Positions 9,598-17,950 of a stretch of DNA of 64,000 nucleotides are shown in pieces. The notes beneath the pieces were generated by a model. The model saw nothing but the letters and a program-made list of their open reading frames with translations. It was not told the DNA's origin and ran no database searches. Position numbers and translations under genes: made by a program. This DNA comes from Bryobacterales bacterium (GTDB lineage Bacteria; Acidobacteriota; Terriglobia; Bryobacterales; Bryobacteraceae): positions 17,752-81,751 of the forward strand of contig JADZGD010000011.1 in the NCBI GenBank assembly GCA_020854055.1, in the 5' to 3' direction. Position 1 is the stretch's first letter, and each line of letters opens with the position of its first letter.

Positions 9598-10940
9598 AAC
9601 CGGAAACTCCGCAGCGTCTCGTCCCAAGGCTTGCGATACGGCCGCTCCAGCAGCGCGGAGGCTTCGCGGTCATCCACTACTTCTTCTTTAACGGCATCCC
9701 ACCGCAGCCGCCGTCCCAACCGTAAAGAGAGGTTTGCCAGATGGCACGAAACCGCCACCAGGTGCCCCTGCTCGACATCCGCCACCGGAAGCTTCCGCGA
9801 CTTCACACAATCCAGGAAGTTCCGCGTGTGAGCAGGCAGCGGATCGCTCCCCGCCTCGCCGCCCTTCACCACTCCGGTGCGCGGCCGTGGCTTCCCTGCG
9901 TGCACCGCCTGCGGATGCCCCGGTGGCCGCGACCACTGCGGGATCTGCCCCTGCGCCGGAATGTCCAAATCCGGATACACCTCAAAGCCGCTCCGCCCGA
10001 TCATCATGCTCCCCTTGGTGCCGAACAGTTCCGTCCCCGCTCCCTCGCCGCGCCCGCCGCTCGCCTCCCGAATCGAAATGATGATGTTGAAATCCGGATA
10101 CTCCAGAATCGCGTCCTGAACATCCGGAGTCTCCCCGTTATCCTGCAAGCAATGCCGCCCGCCGCTCGAGTATGCCGCCCTGGCCGAATTCACCTTCAGC
10201 GCATAATGCACCAGGTCGATATCATGCGCCCCCAGGTTCGTCATCTGCCCGCCCGAGTAGTCCCAGAACCACCGGAAATTGTACAGCGCCCGGTTGCGGT
10301 TATACGCCCGCGCCGGCGCCGGCCCCTGCCATAGCTCATAATTCATCCCCGCCGGAGGAGCCGAATCGGGTGGATTGCCGAAACCGGGCATCACGTTGCG
10401 AAACGTCCCAATGCGCACGCTGTGGATCCGGCCAATGTGCCCCGCCCCAATCAGCCGCAGCACCTCGGGGAAGTGATCCCCGCTGCGCCCCTGCGTTCCC
10501 ACCTGCACCACCCGCTGGCAGCGCCGCGCCATGGTAGTCATCCATCGCCCTTCACGCACGAACAGCGTCATCGGCTTTTCAACGTAGACATCCTTTCCCG
10601 CCGCGCACGCCATCATCGTCTGCAAAGCGTGCCAATGGTCGGGAGTGGAAATCACCACTGCATCGATGCCTTTATCATCCAGTACGCGCCGGAAATCGCC
10701 AGAAGCCGCCGGATGGTTGCCACAAGCCGCCCGCGCCGCCTCCTGCCGCGGGGTGTAAACGTCGCAAACCGCCGCCGCCTCCACATCCGGCTGCTGCCGG
10801 AAATCGGAGATGTGCCGCATCCCGATCAGCCCGCACCCGATAAACCCCACGCGGATCCGCTCATTCGCCCCCACAATCCGGCCATAGGACAAGGCGCCGG
10901 CCGCACCCAGAAACGCCCGCCGGGAAGAAGGACTGTTCAT
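9594..10940 (-). CDS. Tat-signal Gfo/Idh/MocA family oxidoreductase
   Basis: MNSPSSRRAFLGAAGALS twin-arginine signal. Rossmann start RVGFIGCGLIGMRH. Characteristic VYVEKP motif. Confidence 0.85.
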   Translation of the reverse strand: MNSPSSRRAFLGAAGALSYGRIVGANERIRVGFIGCGLIGMRHISDFRQQPDVEAAAVCDVYTPRQEAARAACGNHPAASGDFRRVLDDKGIDAVVISTPDHWHALQTMMACAAGKDVYVEKPMTLFVREGRWMTTMARRCQRVVQVGTQGRSGDHFPEVLRLIGAGHIGRIHSVRIGTFRNVMPGFGNPPDSAPPAGMNYELWQGPAPARAYNRNRALYNFRWFWDYSGGQMTNLGAHDIDLVHYALKVNSARAAYSSGGRHCLQDNGETPDVQDAILEYPDFNIIISIREASGGRGEGAGTELFGTKGSMMIGRSGFEVYPDLDIPAQGQIPQWSRPPGHPQAVHAGKPRPRTGVVKGGEAGSDPLPAHTRNFLDCVKSRKLPVADVEQGHLVAVSCHLANLSLRLGRRLRWDAVKEEVVDDREASALLERPYRKPWDETLRSFRL

Positions 10941-11116
10941 AGTAGGAAAGAGTATATGTGGGAGACAACCCGCCAGGCAAGCTGCCGCCGCGCGCTACGA
11001 CGCCCACGGGTTCCGCATCGACAAGTTGCCCCCCTGGCGGCGCAACCCCATGACGCAAAGGACGCGATGAAAACCAGATCGGTTGAGTCAATTTTTCGTG
11101 CTATCTTGGGAACCGT

Positions 11117-11443
11117 GCGGGCGTGGCGGAATCGGCAGACGCATCGGACTTAAGCGTAAACTTGAGTGCTCGCCGGGAAACTGGCGATGCAGAACTGCTC
11201 AAATTCGGGGAACCCTACAAGTTGGCGATCCCGAGCCAAGCCCGGCCCGAATCGGCCGGGAAGGTGTAGAGACTAGACGGGCAGCACCTAACGCTCGGAC
11301 CCAAATCCGGGCCACGGTGAAGGGATAGTCCAGACCCCAAACCCCATCGCGAAAGAGGTGGGCGGCGGCGAAAGCCGTAGCAGGGCATGAAAATCCGTTG
11401 GACCGCAAGGTCCGTGAGGGTTCAAGTCCCTCCGCCCGCACCA
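11117..11443 (+). tRNA. tRNA-Leu(UAA), interrupted by a group I intron (exons 11117..11151 and 11390..11443, CCA encoded)
   Basis: Acceptor stem GCGGGCG / CGCCCGC. T arm GAGGG-TTCAAGT-CCCTC. Long variable arm TTGGACCGCAAGGTCCGT (class II tRNA). The joined exons give the anticodon loop CTTAAAA, that is anticodon UAA. Discriminator A plus CCA. Confidence 0.85.
11152..11389 (+). ncRNA. group I intron (trnL-UAA / IC3-like), 238 nt, no internal ORF
   Basis: Inserted between anticodon positions U34 and A35. The 5' exon ends in U, and exon ACUU (11148..11151) can pair with GAGU (11164..11167), giving the U-G wobble of P1. The intron ends in G (11389). The core strings GGCGATCCCGAGCCAAGCC, GGAAGGTGTAGAGACTAGACGGGCAGCACCTAACG, GATAGTCCAG and a GCGAAAGC tetraloop hairpin match my recollection of the Anabaena/plastid trnL intron core. 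Confidence 0.8.
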
Positions 11444-11499
11444 ATTCTTTCGCGTTCCGGCCCGCCAACGCCGGCAGGAGCGGAGTTGACCTGGCGTTT

Positions 11500-12708
11500 T
11501 CAACAAGCTCTTAGACGCGAGGGGTCCTGGTGCTTATAAGTGATGAATTGTTCCCGATGCCCCAGGATTTCCGGGCGTGTCAGCTTGCCCGCCGCCACCG
11601 CGGTAATCAGCGAGAATAACTCCTCGGCGGCTCCCGTCATGGTCACCTCGCCCGTAAGCACGCGGCTGGCGTCGAAATCCATATCGTCTTGCAGGCGATG
11701 AAACGTCTCGCGATTCCCGGTGATCTTTATCAATGGCGCGATCGGGCTTCCTATAACACTCCCGCGGCCGGTAATAAACAACACGATGTGCGCGCCGGCC
11801 GAAATCAGGTCCATGATGCCTTCCGTATCATTGGGGTTCGTATAGCCGAATTGCATAAAGTGTTCATCCGGCACGCTGTCCAGAAGCCATAATCCAGGCC
11901 CGCCCGGCTGTTCCGCAACACGGATGACGCCCTGAATGGGACTGCTCCCGCTTTTCACAAAAGCTCCCATGCTCTTCTCTTCAATCGTCGTGAGTCCGCC
12001 CGCGAAATTACCCGGCGAGATCGAGTATTGGCGAACGGACCGGCAATACCGTACCGCCTTGTCATAGGCTCGCGATACGGCCGCTCTTGCCTCGTCCGTA
12101 GCCGCCCGGCTGCGCAACACCTCGCCGAGACCGATCATCTCCACCGTCTCCTCGAAAACCGCCGTCCCCCCGCGTCCTACCAGCAGGTCGAAGAACCGGC
12201 CTACCACCGGGTTTCCAGCCAGCCCGGACGTGCCGTCCGAGCCGCCGCACTCCGCCCCTACCACCAGTTCGTTAACAGACATCGGAGCCAGGCGCGCGCT
12301 CTCTCGCATGGTGTCGCGAAGGCTCCGTACGATCCGCTTTCCGAGCTCGATACTCTTCAACGTCCCGCCGTGCTCCTGGATATAAAACCACTCCGCGGGA
12401 CGTCCCGACTTACGCACAACCTCGGCGATCTTCGCCGGCTGCGTGTATTCACACCCGAGGCCGACCGCCAGCACCGCCCCCACATTCGGGTGCCGGGCCA
12501 GCGCCAGCATCAAACGGATGGCATAGGCATTGTCGTAACAGCCCGAAAACCCCACCACGTGAGCATCCGGCTCGCCCCTGGCAATCTCCAGCGCCACATG
12601 GCTGGCACACTCTACCGTGTAGACCACCAGCACGACGTTACGAATCCCCTTGCGGCCGTCATCGCGAAGAAAGCCCTGAAAACTCAAAGGATTATTCATA
12701 CACGACAT
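11500..12708 (-). CDS. uxaA: UxaA-family (altronate/galactarate) dehydratase, large C-terminal subunit
   Basis: [27 protein letters not shown]... and GLGCEYTQP... are typical of the UxaA C-terminal domain. The start is at 12708 or 12699, and both overlap the stop of the SAF-domain gene (sequence ATGTCGTGTATGAATAA). The longer 467-aa ORF N-terminus looks non-coding. Confidence 0.85.
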   Translation of the reverse strand: MSCMNNPLSFQGFLRDDGRKGIRNVVLVVYTVECASHVALEIARGEPDAHVVGFSGCYDNAYAIRLMLALARHPNVGAVLAVGLGCEYTQPAKIAEVVRKSGRPAEWFYIQEHGGTLKSIELGKRIVRSLRDTMRESARLAPMSVNELVVGAECGGSDGTSGLAGNPVVGRFFDLLVGRGGTAVFEETVEMIGLGEVLRSRAATDEARAAVSRAYDKAVRYCRSVRQYSISPGNFAGGLTTIEEKSMGAFVKSGSSPIQGVIRVAEQPGGPGLWLLDSVPDEHFMQFGYTNPNDTEGIMDLISAGAHIVLFITGRGSVIGSPIAPLIKITGNRETFHRLQDDMDFDASRVLTGEVTMTGAAEELFSLITAVAAGKLTRPEILGHREQFITYKHQDPSRLRAC

Positions 12709-13015
12709 CGGTCGGCGCTCCTGTTTCAACGTCCAGTGTCGAAGAACGCTCATCCACCCGGCTGCGGCAGTTGTGCAGGTGAATCCACTCGCCCGCGCGA
12801 ATCGGTTGGGTAGCCACGCCGATTGGGATCCCGAATTTGATGATGGCCGCGCCCGGTTTAATGTCGCATAACGCCACTTTATGTCCCAGGCGAATCGGCT
12901 CAACCAGAGTCACACCCGCCGGGCTGCCTCCTATCACTTCCACGCCGCCCCCGTCACAGTCCTCCAGCAGCGTGGCTGCATTATCGTCTGCGTGGATCTG
13001 AAAGCATTTCTTCAT
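12692..13015 (-). CDS. UxaA-family dehydratase, small SAF-domain N-terminal subunit
   Basis: [19 protein letters not shown]...[42 protein letters not shown] is a SAF/AFP-like domain. It overlaps the start of the large subunit, consistent with translational coupling. Confidence 0.85.
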   Translation of the reverse strand: MKKCFQIHADDNAATLLEDCDGGGVEVIGGSPAGVTLVEPIRLGHKVALCDIKPGAAIIKFGIPIGVATQPIRAGEWIHLHNCRSRVDERSSTLDVETGAPTDVVYE

Positions 13016-13171
13016 GGTCTTCTACCCGACTCGCCCGTCGCCTCTGCCCATCGGCTCGACTCACATTCACACCTAATTCTCGTCTAATTCTGTAATTTCT
13101 GTAATTACTTGCGATAACCGTCCCGCGGCCCGGCTGAATCCATGCCCTAAACTGAAGCCGGAGAATCCATC

Positions 13172-13720
13172 GTGCGTTCCGCTGCTCAAATCGAAGCTTC
13201 ACGCCGCAACGGCGCCCTGTCCCGAGGTCCCAAAACTCCCGCCGGCAAAGCCCGCGCCTCTCGTAACGCGCTCACCCACGGCCTCACCGCCCGCAAGCAC
13301 GCGATCCTCTTCGCCCAAGCCGAACTCGAAGAGGCTGCCCATTTCCGCGCCGCTCTCATCGCGCGCTTCCGTCCTGCTGCGCCGGAGCAGATTCTTTTGG
13401 TGGATCAGGCAGCCCACGCTCATCTTCACCTGTGCCACGCCGCGGCCGCCGAAACCGAAGCCCTTAACCGGATTCTCCGCGCTACTCCCGCTGCGTCCCG
13501 CCCACCAGCCCTCCCCATCGAAAACCCCGCTGTCACAAAGGCCATGCGGGCGTTTCACCGGCTTCAATCCCGCTGGCAGCCGGTCTTCTTCAGGACTCTC
13601 TCCAGCCTCATCCGGATGAATGCAAAAAAATCGCAAAACGAACCCGGGAAATTATCCGAACTTCAGTCCGAAATCCCTATTCCGCAACAACTTGCCGCTC
13701 ACCCAACGCAAGACGCGCCC
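13172..13720 (+). CDS. candidate small basic protein of unknown function; 3' end undefined (no in-frame stop)
   Basis: GTG start. N-terminus MRSAAQIEASRRNGALSRGPKTPAGKARASRNALTHGLTA with coding-like codon usage up to about 13650 (...KKSQNEPGK). The frame then stays open through the antisense of the BNR gene and fuses in frame with the deacylase gene (track ORF 13172..16315). The true end cannot be called. Confidence 0.3.
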
Positions 13721-14752
13721 TCAGTCGAGCCGCTTCATCCCGATACCGTTCGTGGTCTCCCAGGCAGCCAGCACCCCGCCCTCGGGCAGCGCCGTCAAAC
13801 TGACGAAACTTCCGTTCGCCGCCAGCGGCGCCGCGCCCGCTGCCCCCGGCCGCAAGACCTCCAACCCGCCGCCCCGCGCCCACGCCACAAACGGCCCGTG
13901 CGCGGTTTCCGCGATCGCAACGTCCTTGCCCGTCCCCACCATCCGCTCCGGTCCCATATCCCGCGCAACGTACACCGCGCCTTCCCGCCGCCACGCCGTA
14001 ATCGCCCCTCCATCGCCCGCCGTAATGCCGCCTCCATCCATCGGACACGCATCCAGCTTCCACGTTCCCCGCCCTATTTTTCGCGCCGCTTCAAAATGCG
14101 CCCCATCCCGCGAACTCGTCACATAGAGGTCCCGCGCGCCATCCACCACGTTCCTCCACATCACCCACACCCGCCCCGTTTCATCGAACGCCAGCGACGG
14201 ATCGCAACACTGGCAGATCGTTCCCGAAGGCGATGCATAAATCTCCACATTCCTTCCCCATCGCCGGCCGCCATCGCTCGATCGAGCCCCATACAAGCGG
14301 GTTCCCTTTGCCCGCAAGTCCAACCAGACCGCGAACAGGTTGCCCCTTCCATCGGCGGCCATCGCGTGCAACCCCTCCCGCGCCGCGCCGCTCGTATCGT
14401 TGATCACGCCCGCCGGCGCCCACGTCCTTCCGCCGTCAACCGACCGCCACGCCCTCAACTCGCCGCTGCCCGGCTTCTCACCGGTTACGGCGGAGATCAC
14501 CACCGCTCCCGGAACCATCGCCACTCGCGGCCCACGATGATGCCCCAAAGCCAGTGCCCCTGCATCGGCCACCTTCACCGGCGCGGAAAAACTCCGGCCC
14601 TCATCCGCCGACGCAGTAAAATAAATCGCCTTCCCCGCGCCGAACGTCATCACCACTTTTCCCTGCCCGGCCGCCATCTGCGGCTGCCTGGCCCCGGCTG
14701 GAACGGGACCGGCAATCGAAGCCATCAGGATCGCCATTGGCAAAAGCATCAT
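13721..14752 (-). CDS. secreted BNR/Asp-box repeat beta-propeller protein (sialidase-like fold)
   Basis: Signal MMLLPMAILMASIAGPVPA. Asp-box-like repeats SADEGRSF, SVDGGRTW, SSDGGRRW and SRDGAHF. Confidence 0.75.
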   Translation of the reverse strand: MMLLPMAILMASIAGPVPAGARQPQMAAGQGKVVMTFGAGKAIYFTASADEGRSFSAPVKVADAGALALGHHRGPRVAMVPGAVVISAVTGEKPGSGELRAWRSVDGGRTWAPAGVINDTSGAAREGLHAMAADGRGNLFAVWLDLRAKGTRLYGARSSDGGRRWGRNVEIYASPSGTICQCCDPSLAFDETGRVWVMWRNVVDGARDLYVTSSRDGAHFEAARKIGRGTWKLDACPMDGGGITAGDGGAITAWRREGAVYVARDMGPERMVGTGKDVAIAETAHGPFVAWARGGGLEVLRPGAAGAAPLAANGSFVSLTALPEGGVLAAWETTNGIGMKRLD

Positions 14753-14800
14753 ACTTCTTATCTTCGCTCCAACCGCGCCGTGCGATATCCTGGCTTCCAA

Positions 14801-16315
14801 ATGCTGGCTCTAACCAACGCAACGGTGTTCGATGGCCGCGGCGGCCCCCCCATCGCCGCCGGAGTGTTCTGCGAGGACGGCCGAATCACCGGCGTCACTA
14901 CCGAAACACCGCCGGCCGGCGCCGAGATTACCGATTGCGCCGGACTCGCCATAGCCCCCGGCTTCCTCGATCTCCACAGCCACTCCGATCTCCAGGTACT
15001 CGATGCCGCCCGCACCGAAAAGCTGAAGCAGGGCGTCACCGCCGAACTGGTGGGCAACTGCGGTTTTTCGGCCTTCCCCTGCGCCCGCGACGCCACCGAA
15101 CTTCGCTCCTTCGCCGGCGGTATCTTCCGCGAACAAGGAGATTGGGGCTGGCCTTCCGCCGCCGCATATTTCCGCCGGTCCCATCAGGCGCCCGCCGGCC
15201 AGGGTGTCTTCTCCCTAACCGGCCATGGCTCCTTGCGGGTCGCCGTGACCGGCATGCGGCAATCCATCACTCCCGAAGAATCAAGCGCCATCGCCAACCT
15301 GCTTGAAGCGTCGCTCGATGAGGGCTCGGCCGGCCTCTCCACCGGCCTGATGTACGCTCCCGGCTCCGCCGCCGGCTTCGACGAACTCGCCCCGTTGTGC
15401 CGCACCGTCCGCAAGCACGACCGCCTTTACGCCACCCACATGCGCAGTTACATGGGCGGCCTCATCGATGCGGTCGACGAACAGTTGAACCTCGCCCGGG
15501 CCACCGGTTGCCGCCTGCAGATCTCCCACCTCCAGGCCGCCGGGCGCGCCAATTGGGACCTCCAGCGCCGGGCTATCGACCATATCGAGGCCGCGGCCCG
15601 CGAAGGGGTGGATGTCGAGTTCGACATCTACCCGTATCAATGCGGCAGCACCGTGCTCACCCAGTGGCTACCCGATTGGGCGCTCGATGGCGGCATGGAC
15701 TCTCTCTGCGCCCGCCTCTGTGATCGCGCCGCCCACGGCCAAATCGCCCAAACCGTCCGCTCCACCATGGCCCAGACACCGGAAGACATCACCATTACCG
15801 GAACCCGCACGGAGGCGAATCAGTTCGCCATCGGCCTCCCGCTTTCCGCCCTGGCCGCGCGCTGGAATATGGAGCCGGTGGACGCCATGCTGCGGCTGCT
15901 GCTCGAGGAGCACGGAGCCGTCAACGTCGTCTCCTTCAACCAGAGCGAGAGCAACCTTCGCCAACTGCTCGGGCACCCGCTCTGTACGGTAATCAGTGAC
16001 GGCTTTTACGTTCGCGGCCTGCCGCACCCCCGCCTCCACGGCGCCTTTCCCGAACTGCTCGGCGGCGTCGTGCGCGAGCGCCGCTGGCTAAGCCTTTCCG
16101 AGGCCATTCACAAAGTCACCGCCAAGCCTGCCGCCCGCCTCGGATTAAAAGACCGCGGCGTAATCGAACCCGGCGCCCGCGCCGATCTGGTCGTCTTCGA
16201 CGTTGCCCGCATCGCCGCCCGCGCCACCTACCAGCAGCCGGAACAGGATCCCACCGGCATCGCCGCCGTCCTGCGCGGCGGCATACTGGTCGCCGGAGAA
16301 CGCCTTGTCCGCTAA
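14801..16315 (+). CDS. N-acyl-D-amino-acid deacylase (D-aminoacylase) family amidohydrolase
   Basis: MLALTNATVFDGRGGPPIAAGVFCEDGRITGV...APGFLDLHSHSDLQ is the typical D-aminoacylase N-terminus and metal motif. The C-terminal ADLVVFD motif is present. Confidence 0.9.
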   Translation: MLALTNATVFDGRGGPPIAAGVFCEDGRITGVTTETPPAGAEITDCAGLAIAPGFLDLHSHSDLQVLDAARTEKLKQGVTAELVGNCGFSAFPCARDATELRSFAGGIFREQGDWGWPSAAAYFRRSHQAPAGQGVFSLTGHGSLRVAVTGMRQSITPEESSAIANLLEASLDEGSAGLSTGLMYAPGSAAGFDELAPLCRTVRKHDRLYATHMRSYMGGLIDAVDEQLNLARATGCRLQISHLQAAGRANWDLQRRAIDHIEAAAREGVDVEFDIYPYQCGSTVLTQWLPDWALDGGMDSLCARLCDRAAHGQIAQTVRSTMAQTPEDITITGTRTEANQFAIGLPLSALAARWNMEPVDAMLRLLLEEHGAVNVVSFNQSESNLRQLLGHPLCTVISDGFYVRGLPHPRLHGAFPELLGGVVRERRWLSLSEAIHKVTAKPAARLGLKDRGVIEPGARADLVVFDVARIAARATYQQPEQDPTGIAAVLRGGILVAGERLVR

Positions 16316-16391
16316 TCGCAACCTCCGCCACCGCCAGCCAGTCGAACGAAAGTCGTACCGCTCTGTTTGGCCCGTTCGTCATAATACTTAT

Positions 16392-17696
16392 ATGGCGACT
16401 CGTTTCTCTGCACTCTTCCTCCTTCTCGTCGGTGTGTGCGGCGCTATTCTCGCTCAGCAAGCCCCCCCGCCGGCCGCTGACGCCAAGGACCGCGTCAAAG
16501 CGGCGCGCGAACTGGCCAAACAGGGCAGCGCTGCCATTCCCGCGCTCACCCCCTATCTATCGGATCCGGAAGTGGACGTTCGCGTGGAAGCCGTCAAGTC
16601 GTTGGTCGACATCGGCACCCAGCACAGCATCGACCCGCTGCTCAAAGCCACCCGCGATAATGACCCCGAAGTGCAGATCCGCGCCGCCGAAGGATTGGTC
16701 AATTTCTATTACCCCGGCTACATCAAGACCGGATGGACGGCATCGGTGCGCCGCGTGGGCACCCGCATCATGAGCCGCTTCAGCGACACCAACGACCAGG
16801 TCATCGATCCCTACATCCAGGTTCGGCCCGAGGTGATTCAGGCCCTGGGACGCTTGGCGCGTAGCGGGTCCAGTCTCGATTCGCGCGCCGCCGCGGCCCG
16901 CGCCGTCGGCGTGCTCCGCGGAAAGGCCGCCATTGACGACCTCGCCGCGGCCATGCGCAGCAAGGATGATGCGGTGATCTACGAATCGCTCGTCGCCATG
17001 CAGAAAATTCGCGACCCGGAATCCGCCCCTAAAATATTTTTCCTGCTTCGCGATTTCAACGAGAAAATCCAGATCGCGGCGCTGGAAACGGCCGGTTTGT
17101 TGCGCAACCCGGCCGCCCTTCCCGAGCTGAAGGAATCTCTCTCCCGCGCCCGCAATAACAAAGTCCGCCGCGCCGCCCTGGCCGCCATCGCCATGATACC
17201 CGACCCCGCGAATCGCCCTCTTTTCACCCAGTACTTCAACGATAAGGATGAGGGTCTGCGCGCCGCTTCCGCCGAAGGTTTCGCCCGCATTGGAACCGGC
17301 GCCGATGTCAGCATGCTTCAAACGGCATTCGAATCCGAAAAGAAAATGGCGCCCCGGCTATCGCAGGCCTTCGCCCTGGTGAGCCTGGGACAAAACGCCA
17401 CCAGCGAGTTCGCGCCTCTCACTTACCTGGTGAATACGCTGAACTCGAAGTCGTACCGCGGAGTGGCCCTGCCGTTCCTGGTCGAACTGTTGCGAAGACG
17501 GGACAATCGTGAGGCGGTCTATACCATCCTGCCGCGGGCTACCAAAGACGAAAAGATGCAGTTAGCGCAGGCGCTCGCCCGAAGCGGCGGGACCGACAGC
17601 GTGGCGCCCTTGGAAAATCTGGTGAGGGATGGGGATGCGGACGTATCGGATGAAGCAGGGCGAGCTCTGCGTAATCTGAGAGCCCGCACTACCTGA
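16392..17696 (+). CDS. secreted HEAT-repeat (PBS-lyase-like) protein
   Basis: Signal MATRFSALFLLLVGVCGAILAQQ. Repeated D-x-D/E-x-x-V-R-x-x-A units (DPEVDVRVEAVKSL, DNDPEVQIRAAEGL, DKDEGLRAASAEGF). Confidence 0.8.
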   Translation: MATRFSALFLLLVGVCGAILAQQAPPPAADAKDRVKAARELAKQGSAAIPALTPYLSDPEVDVRVEAVKSLVDIGTQHSIDPLLKATRDNDPEVQIRAAEGLVNFYYPGYIKTGWTASVRRVGTRIMSRFSDTNDQVIDPYIQVRPEVIQALGRLARSGSSLDSRAAAARAVGVLRGKAAIDDLAAAMRSKDDAVIYESLVAMQKIRDPESAPKIFFLLRDFNEKIQIAALETAGLLRNPAALPELKESLSRARNNKVRRAALAAIAMIPDPANRPLFTQYFNDKDEGLRAASAEGFARIGTGADVSMLQTAFESEKKMAPRLSQAFALVSLGQNATSEFAPLTYLVNTLNSKSYRGVALPFLVELLRRRDNREAVYTILPRATKDEKMQLAQALARSGGTDSVAPLENLVRDGDADVSDEAGRALRNLRARTT

Positions 17697-17728
17697 GTCT
17701 GCAGCAGCCGGATGGCCGGCCGGATACT

Positions 17729-17938
17729 TTACTTCGCCTTTTTCTGCTTCTGCTGGCCAACACGAACCTTGACGTGCGCCAGTCTGGCCTCCTGGAAGGC
17801 CTTGTGGTCGTGACGGGCCACCGCATCCGCCAGATACTCATCGACGTTCACGCTCTTGGGCAGAACGGTCATCACCGTGAAGTTGTCCCCGCAGGTCGGG
17901 CAGAAAGGGCGAAAACGCTTCACATTCGGAATTGCCAT
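17729..17938 (-). CDS. hypothetical small protein (69 aa, Lys-rich tail)
   Basis: ATG-initiated ORF MAIPNVKRFRPFCPTCGDNF...QQKQKKAK with a CPxC pair. It fills an otherwise empty gap. No clear Shine-Dalgarno sequence. Confidence 0.4.
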   Translation of the reverse strand: MAIPNVKRFRPFCPTCGDNFTVMTVLPKSVNVDEYLADAVARHDHKAFQEARLAHVKVRVGQQKQKKAK

Positions 17939-17950
17939 ATGGTTCTTATC

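Noticed and set aside
11083-11107. Possible sigma-70 promoter for the tRNA-Leu gene (TTGAGT ... TATCTT)
   Set aside because: The spacer between the two hexamers is only 13 nt, too short for a canonical promoter. Only the -10-like TATCTT, about 10 nt before the tRNA 5' end, is suggestive.
13172-16315. 1047-aa ORF in the track, which would be the largest novel protein in the region
   Set aside because: It is a composite. Only the last 504 codons (from the ATG at 14801) look like a real protein, a D-aminoacylase. The middle part is Arg/Pro/His-rich nonsense lying antisense to a well-supported BNR-repeat gene (13721..14752). The first 150 or so codons are a separate candidate small ORF.
17697-17728. 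Bidirectional terminator between the HEAT-repeat gene and the 69-aa ORF (GCCGG-atgg-CCGGC)
   Set aside because: The stem is only 5 bp and there is no T tract on either strand. Too weak to call.
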